From: Macrostomum lignano
Lineage: Eukaryota
Reading direction: 5' to 3'
NCBI GenBank assembly: GCA_002269645.1
Contig: NIVC01000106.1
Span: forward strand, 248,001 to 312,000
DNA: 64,000 nucleotides
Part shown: positions 21,887 to 34,092 of the stretch, piece by piece
Position numbering within the stretch: the stretch's first letter is position 1
Layout: each line of letters opens with the position of its first letter
Position numbers and translations under genes: made by a program
Notes under the pieces: model-generated
Database searches by the model: none
What the model was told of the DNA's origin: nothing
What the model saw: only the letters and a program-made list of their open reading frames with translations

Positions 21887-24811
21887 TTTAAATTGAAGCT
21901 GGTTTCTTTTCTCTGAAATAGCAAGTTTTTTGCGAGAATGATTTGGCCTGATGAATGTTCATACAAGATTTAAAACTACATATTTAGCCACTTGATGTTA
22001 TTTGAGATCTGACATAAAAACATGTTAACAATGAACACACCAATAAAATAGGATTATTGCCAAAGTGAACAATTTCCTTGTTGCTAATAGCCCCACAATC
22101 CCTTTCAATTGTCTATAACTGTTAGTCATCAATAACAATTTGTAAGCCCTCTTTAGAAGTTTAAAAAAATCACTTGGTCAAATTATTCTATGGCATCATA
22201 TTTGGAAAGGAAAAGCCAAAAAAATTGTTATTTGATATTATCAAAAAAACTTATAAATAAATTTAAAGGCATAGAATGGTACTCCCAGGTATTTTGATAT
22301 GAATGTTCTAGCCCTAGGCCCAATAAATGTTCCAAAAGCTAAAAAACTTCAAGTAAAGATTTTTGAAAGTTTTACCTCAACTAACATTTTGAATTGTTTA
22401 ACTAAAACACATAAGTGTATGACTTCTTAATTAAGCTAAAAATATAATATATAGGAAAAAGAAAACATATATACACATATATATAGGCTAATATTCTAGA
22501 ACTTTAATTATTAAGGATTATAAATTGATATATTTTGTCTATTGTCAATGAATATAGGATAAAAAGCAAGACCTTTCCCTTGCTATTTCTATAGTTACAT
22601 TAGAAATTGATGGTGGATATGACCAAAAAAGGATATTGACTTAGGCCTAGTCTTAAAATGGGTGCAAATATATTAGAGTGGCACTTTAGCTATTAGATTC
22701 TTTTTATTGGGATAGCAATGAATGTATAAAATTATAAAAAAACCCTATCTCTCTTGTTTCATTAGTATTTGACCCTAGTGGGGGCAGTGATACAATATCT
22801 TACAAAGGTCAAGGTGCAACTAGACATTGTTGAAAGGGTATTCTAGAGGACAAAGATTCAAAGGAGGGGAGAGAGGGTGGCACTATGGCTTTGTATTTTG
22901 GCAAAAAAATGCATGGTTTCCTTTCTAATTTTTGAAGAATCAAAATTCCTCAAAGGTTAGGCCTATGTGCCTAGGGGCCTAGGGGTCTATATTTTATCTT
23001 CAAAAGCTAGAAGTTGAATTGCCAATTGTAATTGTTATGTGATGGTGATTCTAACATAACATAAATATATAGCCTTTAGTTTATACTTTTTACTTGGTAT
23101 TGGTAATTAATTATCCACTATACTAAATTTTTTTGGCTATGTGACTAATAGGCAAGTGAAAGTTAATAATAGGCATAGCTAATAGTGTATAGTGGTAGAT
23201 AGACCTTAGATCTTAGTCTTAATCTTAGGTCTAGCTAGGCCTAGTAAATTATATAGAAATTAGCCTAGTTAGACATAGACTCATATAGAGCCTAGAACAA
23301 AGAAACATGTTAATGCTTCATTTTATACTATAGACCAAATGGATGAGTCTGTCTAATTTAAAAAGGCAGTCATGTCTCATGTGCATCTAAAAGCGATTTT
23401 TCAGTCCCAGTGGTGACATAAAATTCCATAAATAAGAGGGATAGAGTAGACTCCGCGATGGCAATAGGGTTATATCTCACAGCAAGGACTACTCAACTAG
23501 AGACACAACTCAACTAGAGAGTCTAGTTGAGTAGTCCGACCTTGTCTCACAGATGGTCGTCGTCGAAAACTTCGATTTTTGCTATATAATTTTATTACTA
23601 TACCCATATATACTAGTGTGATAGGTATTAACTTTTTTAAATACATTCTCCCCCCTAACATGGGATATCCCCAGTAAAAATCATGTAGCCTACGCCAACC
23701 AACAGGCCAGTCTTATAAAATTAGCCTAGATGCACTATGGCAAAGATGCATTATGGTTCCCAGAAAATTATTAAAGTGAATCGGTGCCATAAAAACTACG
23801 TTCATATGAATCAGGTGAAGTAGATGATTTTATATAAGGATCAGAATGTCTTGTTAGGATTTTTTCAATGACAATAGGTCAGGTTTTACAGGAAGAAACT
23901 AACAAGTTAGTAAGATTGTTATGAAATGGTGGATACTAAATAGATCTGAGCGCGTATATTAGAGTTGAGGATCGTGTTAAATTCCCCTTGCACGTACCCA
24001 AGCATGCGCATGAGCATTTTCCGAATAAAAAGTAAACTAAAACTGATGCTTTCTGGAAATCTCGTAAGCTTAACTAGCGGTACTTGGTTATAAATTTTAC
24101 GGAACGCCTTTTGTTGCAAAAATTATGCGTACGATGATCCATGACGGCAGGTTACGGTGTACATGTACTTCTTTATATAGTTGTTCGTGTCAGTAGCTAT
24201 AGCTAACTATCCAATGCGTCTCAAAGCTAAATATACTGATAAATTGTGAGTATTTGATTTTATTCTTGTAGCCCATCACGCCATTATCTGGTATTGTCGG
24301 CAAACGTTTGCGGAATTCGGAATGTTGAACACTGAACAGGCTGCAAAACATTTTAACGCTGCATTCGACTGCCAATATTCTACCTGTCTCTAAGATTGAA
24401 GACACCCGCAGGTGGAACTAAATGTAAATAAATAACAAGCCGTATAAGGTAATTTTGCTTTGCCCACACTCCGCATCCTGCATGTCGCGAAGCTCTTACA
24501 ATTAGAGGAGAGATGAAATTCTAAATTATACATGTATGTATAGGACGTATCGTTGAGTACCTATAATATACGCGCATGCGGTGTTTAATTTCAAAGCTAG
24601 CTAGTTATCCTCACAACAAGTAATTACAGTAGTACATGTAGCTACAGTATTGGCGCGCTTGTACATGTGTGCTCAGGAGTCAACGGAACGGGCAGAATTG
24701 CCGCGAGTTAACATCGTAAAGTTGTCAACAAAATGCCAAAATTAAAGGCTTAGTTTCCCAGTGAGTTTTTTTAAATCATGTACGAGCTATTTATTGATCA
24801 ATCGCAATGGT

Positions 24812-25066
24812 TTATAGCCAAACCAGCTCAAGGAACCAATAGTTAGAGTCTTCAGCAGTGGTACAGACCGGCAGTGACGGCCCAGCTCCGCAGGCATTAA
24901 GAAAGCAGGTCTTGCCAAACGAATCAAAATCGACAGATCCGCATCCGGCAGTGCGAGAGCAGTTGGCCAAACAGTCCGTCAGATTGTCAACAAAATATGG
25001 ACCGCCAACAAGATTGTAGCCAGGTGCGTAGCGACCAGCTTGGCCTAGGTAAACCTTGGCAGATTG
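24812..25066 (-). CDS. Duplicated, intact PAN/apple-domain terminal exon (84 aa plus stop)
   Basis: Reads identical to 28643-28897; CAG acceptor at 25067-25069; phase 0. Confidence 0.65.
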   Translation of the reverse strand, partial: QSAKVYLGQAGRYAPGYNLVGGPYFVDNLTDCLANCSRTAGCGSVDFDSFGKTCFLNACGAGPSLPVCTTAEDSNYWFLELVWL

Positions 25067-25147
25067 CTGAGGGATTTATAGTTTTTAAGTTTCTTGTTAC
25101 TATTACAAAAACTGTCTATCTTAGGGGGTTCATGGCAAGCTTTTTAA

Positions 25148-25598
25148 CTCAAAAAGTCAGATGCAGAATCTAGCGCATGACTGCAGACCAGAGAAAGGGT
25201 GAAGAGAGAAGGGAGAGAAGGGAGAGATAATGGAGAGGAGAAAAGAGAGAGGAGAGAACGGAGAGGAGAGAACGGAGAGGAGAGAACGGATAGGAGAGGA
25301 GAGAAGGCAATGGAATGAAGGGAGAGAGGAGAGAAGGGAGAGGAGAGAAAGGAGAGGAGAGAAGGAAGAGGAATGAAGGGAGAGGAGAGGAGAGGAGAGG
25401 AGAAGGGAGAGGGGAGAAGGAAGAGGAGAGGAGAGGAGAGGAGAGGAGAGGAGAGAAGGGAGAGGAGAGGAGGAAGAGGAGAGGAGAGGAGGCAGAGGAG
25501 AGGAGAGGAGAGAAGGGAGAGGAGAGGAGAGAAGGGAGAGGAGAGGAGAGAAGGGAGAGGAGAGGAGAGAAGGGAGAGGAGAGGAGAGAAGGGAGAGG
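25148..25598 (-). mobile_element. Microsatellite-cored element, copy C (3' flank plus GA-rich core, truncated by the duplication junction)
   Basis: Reverse complement reads CT-rich core followed by GCAGTCATGCGCTAGATTCTGCATCTGACTTTTTGAG. Confidence 0.55.
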
Positions 25599-25600
25599 AC

Positions 25601-25720
25601 CTCTTGGAAAGTCTCAGATGACAGGGCCCTGAACAGACTGGGTCCATGGACAAAGGTAACCCATAGCTGGGTGCCAAATTGGGCACCCCAGACTGACAGG
25701 TTTACTAGAGTGGATATCAT
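25601..25720 (-). pseudogene. TMEM205: 5' fragment of TMEM205 (codons 1-40) truncated at the duplication junction; possible first exon of a chimeric gene
   Basis: Identical to the first 40 codons of 21886-21767, then runs into GTCCTC and the CT-rich microsatellite. Confidence 0.85.
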
Positions 25721-28642
25721 TTTAAATTGAAGCTGGTTTCTTTTCTCTGAAATAGCAAGTTTTTTGCGAGAATGATTTGGCCTGATGAATGTTCATACAA
25801 GATTTAAAACTACATATTTAGCCACTTGATGTTATTTGAGATCTGACATAAAAACATGTTAACAATGAACACACCAATAAAATAGGATTATTGCCAAAGT
25901 GAACAATTTCCTTGTTGCTAATAGCCCCACAATCCCTTTCAATTGTCTATAACTGTTAGTCATCAATAACAATTTGTAAGCCCTCTTTAGAAGTTTAAAA
26001 AAATCACTTGGTCAAATTATTCTATGGCATCATATTTGGAAAGGAAAAGCCAAAAAAATTGTTATTTGATATTATCAAAAAAACTTATAAATAAATTTAA
26101 AGGCATAGAATGGTACTCCCAGGTATTTTGATATGAATGTTCTAGCCCTAGGCCCAATAAATGTTCCAAAAGCTAAAAAACTTCAAGTAAAGATTTTTGA
26201 AAGTTTTACCTCAACTAACATTTTGAATTGTTTAACTAAAACACATAAGTGTATGACTTCTTAATTAAGCTAAAAATATAATATATAGGAAAAAGAAAAC
26301 ATATATACACATATATATAGGCTAATATTCTAGAACTTTAATTATTAAGGATTATAAATTGATATATTTTGTCTATTGTCAATGAATATAGGATAAAAAG
26401 CAAGACCTTTCCCTTGCTATTTCTATAGTTACATTAGAAATTGATGGTGGATATGACCAAAAAAGGATATTGACTTAGGCCTAGTCTTAAAATGGGTGCA
26501 AATATATTAGAGTGGCACTTTAGCTATTAGATTCTTTTTATTGGGATAGCAATGAATGTATAAAATTATAAAAAAACCCTATCTCTCTTGTTTCATTAGT
26601 ATTTGACCCTAGTGGGGGCAGTGATACAATATCTTACAAAGGTCAAGGTGCAACTAGACATTGTTGAAAGGGTATTCTAGAGGACAAAGATTCAAAGGAG
26701 GGGAGAGAGGGTGGCACTATGGCTTTGTATTTTGGCAAAAATATGCATGGTTTCCTTTCTAATTTTTGAAGAATCAAAATTCCTCAAAGGTTAGGCCTAT
26801 GTGCCTAGGGGCCTAGGGGTCTATATTTTATCTTCAAAAGCTAGAAGTTGAATTGCCAATTGTAATTGTTATGTGATGGTGATTCTAACATAACATAAAT
26901 ATATAGCCTTTAGTTTATACTTTTTACTTGGTATTGGTAATTAATTATCCACTATACTAAATTTTTTTGGCTATGTGACTAATAGGCAAGTGAAAGTTAA
27001 TAATAGGCATAGCTAATAGTGTATAGCGGTAGATAGACCTTAGATCTTAGTCTTAATCTTAGGTCTAGCTAGGCCTAGTAAATTATATAGAAATTAGCCT
27101 AGTTAGACATAGACTCATATAGAGCCTAGAACAAAGAAACATGTTAATGCTTCATTTTATACTATAGACCAAATGGATGAGTCTGTCTAATTTAAAAAGG
27201 CAGTCATGTCTCATGTGCATCTAAAAGCGATTTTTCAGTCCCAGTGGTGACATAAAATTCCATAAATAAGAGGGATAGAGTAGACTCCGCGATGGCAATA
27301 GGGTTATATCTCACAGCAAGGACTACTCAACTAGAGACTCAACTCAACTAGAGAGTCTAGTTGAGTAGTCCGACCTTGTCTCACAGATGGTCGTCGTCGA
27401 AAACTTCGATTTTTGCTATATAATTTTATTACTATACCCATATATACTAGTGTGATAGGTATTAACTTTTTTAAATACATTCTCCCCCCTAACATGGGAT
27501 AGGCCTATCCCCAGTAAAAATCATGTAGCCTACGCCAACCAACAGGCCAGTCTTATAAAATTAGCCTAGATGCACTATGGCAAAGAGATGCATTATGGTT
27601 CCCAGAAAATTATTAAAGTGAATCGGTGCCATAAAAACTACGTTCATATGAATCAGGTGAAGTAGATGATTTTATATAAGGATCAGAATGTCTTGTTAGG
27701 ATTTTTTCAATGACAATAGGTCAGGTTTTACAGGAAGAAACTAATAAGTTACTAAGATTGTTATGAAATGGTGGATACTAAATAGATCTGAGCGCGTATA
27801 TTAGAGTTGAGGATCGTGTTAAATTCCCCTTGCACGTACCCAAGCATGCGCATGAGCATTTTCTGAATAAAAAGTAAACTAAAACTGATGCTTTCTGGAA
27901 ATCGCGTAGGCTTAACTAGCGGTACTTGGTTATAAATTTTACGGAACGCCTTTTGTTGCAAAAATTATGCGTACGATGATCCATGGCAGCAGGTTACGGT
28001 GTACATGTACTTCTTTATATAGTTGTTCGTGTCAGTAACTATAGCTACCTATCCAATGCGTCTCAAAGCTAAATATACTGATAAATTGTGAGTATTTGAT
28101 TTTATTCTTGTAGCCCATCACGCCATTATCTGGTATTGTCGGCAAACGTTTGCGGAATTCGGAATGTTGAACACTGAACAGGCTGCAAAACATTTTAACG
28201 CTGCATTCGACTGCCAATATTCTACCTGTCTCCAAGATTGAAGACACCCGCGGGTGGAACTAAATGTAAATAAATAACAAGCAGTATAAGGTAATTTTGC
28301 TTTGCCCACACCCGCATCCTGCATGTCGCGAAGCTCTTAAAATTAGAGGAGAGATGAAATCCTAAATTATACATGTATGTATAGGACGTATCGTTGAGTA
28401 CCTATAATATACGCGCATGCGGTGTTTAATTTCAAAGCTAGCTAGTTATCATCACAACAAGTAATTACAGCAGCTACAGTACATTGGCGCGCTTGTACAT
28501 GTGTGCTCAGAAGTCAGCGGAATGGGCAGAATTGACGCGAGTTAATAAATATCGTAAAATTGTCAACAAAAATGCCAAAATTGAAGGCTTAGTTTCCCTA
28601 GTGCGTTTTTTAATCATGTATTTATTGATCAATCGCAATGAT

Positions 28643-30770
28643 TTATAGCCAAACCAGCTCAAGGAACCAATAGTTAGAGTCTTCAGCAGTGGTACAGACC
28701 GGCAGTGACGGCCCAGCTCCGCAGGCATTAAGAAAGCAGGTCTTGCCAAACGAATCAAAATCGACAGATCCGCATCCGGCAGTGCGAGAGCAGTTGGCCA
28801 AACAGTCCGTCAGATTGTCAACAAAATATGGACCGCCAACAAGATTGTAGCCAGGTGCGTAGCGACCAGCTTGGCCTAGGTAAACCTTGGCAGATTGCTG
28901 AGGGATTTATAGTTTTTAAGTTTCTTGTTACTATTACAAAAACTGTCTATCTTAGGGGGTTCATGGCAAGCTTTTTAACTCAAAAAGTCAGATGCAGAAT
29001 CTAGCGCATGACTGCAGACCAGAGAAAGGGTGAAGAGAGAAGGGAGAGAAGGGAGAAAGAAGGGAGAGATAATGGAGAGGAGAGAAGAGAGAGGAGAGAA
29101 CGGAGAGGAGAGAACGGAGAGGAGAGAACGAATAGGAGAGGAGAGAAGGAAATGGAATGAAGGGAGAGGAGAGAAGGGAGGGGAGAGGAGAGGAGAGGAG
29201 AGGAGAGGAGAGGAGAGGAGAGGAGAGGAGAGAAGGGAGAGGAGAGAACGGAGAGGAGAGAACGAATAGGAGAGGAGAGAAGGAAATGGAATGAAGGGAG
29301 AGGAGAGAAGGGAGGGGAGAGGAGAGGAGAGGAGAGGAGAGGAGAGGAGAGGAGAGGAGAGGAGAGAAGGGAGAGGAGAGAACGGAGAGGAGAGAACGAA
29401 TAGGAGAGGAGAGAAGGAAATGGAATGAAGGGAGAGGAGAGAAGGGAGGGGAGAGGAGAGGAGAGGAGAGGAGAGGAGAGGAGAGGAGAGAAGGGAGAGG
29501 AGAGAACGGAGAGGAGAGAACGAATAGGAGAGGAGAGAAGGAAATGGAATGAAGGGAGAGTAGAGAAGGGAGGGGAGAGGAGAGGAGAGGAGAGGAGAGG
29601 AGAGGAGAGAAGGGAGAGGAGAGGAGGCAGAGGAGAGGAGAGGAGAGAAGAGAGAGGAGAGGAGAGGAGAGAAGGGAGAGGAGAGGAGATGAGAGAAGGG
29701 AGAGGAGAGGAGAGGAGAGGAGAGGAGAGGAGAGAAGAAGGGAGAGGGGAGAAGGAAGAGAGGAGGTAGAGGAGAGGAGAGGAGAGAAGGGAGAGGAGAG
29801 GAGAGGAGAGGAGAGAAGGGAGAGGAGAGGAGAGGAGAAGGGAGAGGAGAGGAGAGGAGAGAGGAGAGAAGGGCCGAGAGAAGAGTGAAGCCCTATTCAC
29901 TGCTAAGCGTGCGCATTTCTAGACCTACGCTGGTTGATTTGTATGGATCCATATGCAAAACAGCTCAGTGGTAAACGCGTCAGACTTCTCGCGCCAAGAC
30001 CCCTGGTTCGATTCCGTGCGCGGCCCATTCATTTGGGGCTTGTTTGCATGAAGATTAGCCAGAGTGAATTGGGCTGCGTGCAATTCACTGCACCCATGAG
30101 GGCCAAGCCCCCAGGGCGCAGAGAGTGAACATGCCTGACGATTAGAAGGTCAACAAAGGGCCGCTGTAACCTAGCAATCAGGCCGGTTAAGCCATGGCAT
30201 AAAGGCAGGGCTTCGATGCCAAAGCTCACAGGGGATGATGATATCTTAGGCTATAGATAGCAGGCTGTCAAGGCGGATGCTGTTTTTCTTTAAGCATCAA
30301 TTTCCTTAAGAAATTAACCAGAGTGATCGGAACAGCTACATATAGTCGAAGCTTCAATTAAACATGTAGCAATTATTTACCTTAACGAACACGGAACACA
30401 TCGATAGATTTCTGCTACTAGGAGGAGCGAGCAAAAACTTGTTGTACCCGGTTGACTCGACGCGTTTAGCCGCATCAATCAGACAGTTTGCATGAGGAGT
30501 TGCAGCGATGGCGGACGCTGCCGCCGGCAGCTGATCAAATGCGTCATCGTTACACGCTAGAAAAAAATCGCAGTCTAGCTTCGAAGCGCAGGCGCTGGCG
30601 CAATAAGCCGTAACTGCAGCCGCCCTGCCGGATAATTTGTGCTCTTCAACTGCGGAACTGGTAGACTGAATGAACTGCTCAACTCGCGTGCTACCGCTGA
30701 TTTTAATCAGCAGCAGTAGCACAAGCCATGTAACACATGATTTAAAGTTGTACATGCAGATTTTCGTCAT
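28643..30770 (-). CDS. Secreted protein with two PAN/apple-like domains, ~214 aa; coding exons 30770-30381 and 28897-28643; probable 5'UTR exon(s) near 32221-32298 and 32431
   Basis: Signal peptide (SCVTWLVLLLLIKISGS); YCASACASKLDCDFF..NCLI in exon 1; DCLANCSRTAGCGSVDFDSFGKTCFLN (C-x3-C-x5-C..C) in exon 2. AAG|GTAAAT donor and CAG acceptor both phase 0. Upstream acceptor TTTTAG at 30793-94 and donor AAG|GTAAGG at 32219-20. Confidence 0.8.
28979..29885 (-). mobile_element. Microsatellite-cored element, copy D, in the PAN gene intron
   Basis: Same 3' flank as copy C; its 5' flank differs from copies A and B. Confidence 0.55.
29955..30245 (+). mobile_element. tRNA-headed SINE-like element in the PAN gene intron
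   Basis: CAGCTCAGTGGTAA A-box and GGTTCGATTCC B-box with no complete acceptor stem; followed by a ~230-nt GC-richer body. Confidence 0.55.
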
Positions 30771-30821
30771 CTTGGCCCGGTAGGGAAACTGTCTAAAACA
30801 AAGGATGTTTTTAATGACTGT

Positions 30822-32380
30822 CTAACAGGTGACACTAACAGGTGACACTAACAGGTGACACTAATGCAGGTGACACTAATGCAGGTGACACTAATGCAGG
30901 TGACACTAATGCAGGTGACACTAATGCAGGTGACACTAACAGGTGACACTAATACAGGTGACACTAATACAGGTGACACTAATGCAGGTGACACTTACAG
31001 GTGACACTAATACAGGTGACACTAATGCAGGTGACACTAATACAGGTGACACTAATGCAGGTGACACTAACAGGTGACACTAATGCAGGTGACACTAATG
31101 CAGGTGACACTAATGCAGGTGACACTAACAGGTGACACTAACAGGTGACACTAATGCAGGTGACACTAATACAGGTGACACTAATGCAGGTGACACTAAT
31201 ACAGGTGACACTAACAGGTGACACTAACAGGTGACACTAATGCAGGTGACACTAATGCAGGTGACACTAATGCAGGTGACACTAACAGGTGACACTAATA
31301 CAGGTGACACTAATACAGGTGACACTAATGCAGGTGACACTTACAGGTGACACTAATACAGGTGACACTAATGCAGGTGACACTAATACAGGTGACACTA
31401 ATGCAGGTGACACTAACAGGTGACACTAATGCAGGTGACACTAATGCAGGTGACACTAATGCAGGTGACACTAACAGGTGACACTAACAGGTGACACTAA
31501 TGCAGGTGACACTAATACAGGTGACACTAATGCAGGTGACACTAATACAGGTGACACTAACAGGTGACACTAACAGGTGACACTAATGCAGGTGACACTA
31601 ATGCAGGTGACACTAATACAGGTGACACTAATGCAGGTGACACTAATGCAGGTGACACTAATGCAGGTGACACTAATGCAGGTGACACTAATGCAGGTGA
31701 CACTAACAGGTGACACTAATGCAGGTGACACTAATACAGGTGACACTAATGCAGGTGACACTAATGCAGGTGACACTAATGCAGGTGACACTAATGCAGG
31801 TGACACTAACAGGTGACACTAATGCAGGTGACACTAATGCAGGTGACACTAATACAGGTGACACTAATGCAGGTGACACTAATGCAGGTGACACTAATGC
31901 AGGTGACACTAATACAGGTGACACTAATGCAGGTGACACTAATACAGGTGACACTAATGCAGGTGACACTAATGCAGGTGACACTAATACAGGTGACACT
32001 AATGCAGGTGACACTAATGCAGGTGACACTAATGCAGGTGACACTAATGCAGGTGACACTAATGCAGGTGACACTAATACAGGTGACACTAATGCAGGTG
32101 ACACTAATGCAGGTGACACTGTCTACATGTAACGGTGACACTATCCAACAGGTGACACTAACAGGTGACACTAACAGGTGACACTAACAGGTGACACTAT
32201 CTAATTCAGTAATTCCTTACCTTGGGGTTTCTATAGGGGCTTCGCGGCCTATTCGCGGCGCCTGCGCCCCCCGCCAGTAGTAAGTAGTAAGACACAATCT
32301 AACAGGTGACACTATATCCAACAGGTGGCACTATCTAACATGTGACACTAACAGGTGACAACAACAGGTGACACTGTCTA
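30822..32380. repeat. 15-bp (13-bp variant) minisatellite ATGCAGGTGACACTA filling the 5'UTR intron of the PAN gene, with a few more units at 32300-32380
   Basis: About 95 units, each containing CAGGTG. Confidence 0.97.
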
Positions 32381-33234
32381 ACAGTATATACAAAACAATA
32401 ATTTTGACAAACTGAATGAAAATGACTCACCGTTTTGCTAACAGATAGAATCAGAGAATCAGACAATGATATAAATGTTCAAGAAGCCACGGATTCTATT
32501 TTACACTCTAGTGGGGAACTCCTACCTTAAATCTTGCTTGGACAGAGTTGGTTCAGCAACGCAAATACAGATTTCGATAAAGCAAAGAAAACATCTTGAC
32601 CGAGAAAGAGCGAGGAAATTGGGAAATTGGGCAACGCGTTTCCCGCAGAAGCGAAAGCGTGACTAAGAATTTGTAGACAATAAATTTCCCTTGACGAAGT
32701 GGTTGAACTATTTTGGCCAGTAAATATTTATTCAGCAGCAGAGTGCAATCGACAAAGTTTCTGATTAAATATTTCTTTTTACTTTTGCGAGCAAATTATG
32801 GAACAGTCGAAATTCCGCACTAATCACTTTACTCTGATTCTTAATTACTTCTGAATGTTCAGTTTGCAACATGAATAATTCAAAACCAATTACAGCTCCA
32901 AAAGTTCGGACTGAGTTGGCATAAATTACTGAGCAATACAGAATTATTTATGTCTACAGGTGCGCCAATTGTAAACGAAAACTTCCTGAGTAATAATATA
33001 TTTTTAATAGAAATCAGTTATTTAAAAAACTACTGGAAGTAGCAAATAAGGCGAATTTTATAAAAATAAACGACATTGGACGGATTTTAATGTTCGCTAT
33101 GCAAAAGAATTTGCAGCCAATGAAAAAAATGTATCACAAAAACGAGTCACTAAACTGACAGAAACTGTGAATTCTGTTTACTAATAGCTACATTTGTAGA
33201 TAAACTGTTATATTATATTTGGCTCCAGTATGAA

Positions 33235-34065
33235 CTTGGATTGACCAATCTGTATATTGGATTGACCAATCTATAAGTTGGATTGAACAATCTGTATATT
33301 AGACTGACCAATCTGTATATTGGATTGACCAATCTGTAAAATAGATTAACCACAATCTGTACATTAGATTAACCACAATCTGTACAGTAGATTAACCACA
33401 ATCTGTACATTAGATTAACCACAATCTGTACATTAGATTAACCACAATCTGTACATTAGATTAACCACAATCTGTACAGTAGATTAACCTCAATCTGTAC
33501 ATTAGATTAACCACAGTCTGTACATTAGATTAACCACAATCTGTACATTAGATTAACCACAATCTGTACATTAGATTAACCACAATCTGTACATTAGATT
33601 AACCACAATCTGTACAGTAGATTAACCACAATCTGTACATTAGATTAACCACAATCTGTACAGTAGATTAACCTCAATCTGTACATTAGATTAACCACAA
33701 TCTGTACAGTAGATTAACCACAATCTGTACATTAGATTAACCACAATCTGTACAGTAGATTAACCTCAATCTGTACATTAGATTAACCACAATCTGTACA
33801 GTAGATTAACCACAATCTGTACAGTAGATTAACCACAATCTGTACAGTAGATTAACCACAATCTGTACAGTAGATTAACCACAATCTGTACAGTAGATTA
33901 ACCACAATCTGTACAGTAGATTAACCACAATCTGTACAGTAGATTAACCACAATCTGTACAGTAGATTAACCACAATCTGTACAGTAGATTAACCACAAT
34001 CTGTACAGTAGATTAACCACAATCTGTACATTAGATTAACCAATCTATACATTGGATTGAACAAT
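33235..34065. repeat. 21/23-bp minisatellite (TGTACATTAGATTAACCACAATC) just 3' of KLHDC9
   Basis: Tandem units visible. Confidence 0.95.
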
Positions 34066-34092
34066 CTATACATAAGTCTTGAACAGACAACG

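Larger units (their letters stand above)
21765..29430. repeat. Tandem segmental duplication, unit ~3.83 kb (copy 1 21765-25598; copy 2 from 25599, ending inside the 29030-29880 microsatellite)
   Basis: Near-identical sequence at offset 3834 at the left edge and 3831 at the PAN exon; the right end cannot be placed exactly within the microsatellite. Confidence 0.93.

Noticed and set aside
29955-30030. Possible tRNA genes (also 15903-15960 and 58930-59001)
   Set aside because: A and B boxes are present but I could not fold complete acceptor and anticodon stems; treated as SINE heads. tRNAscan-SE would be decisive.
30822-32380. AGGTGACACTAT match to the SP6 phage promoter (vector contamination?)
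   Set aside because: It is part of a ~95-unit degenerate genomic array within a GT-AG intron; no other vector sequence is present.
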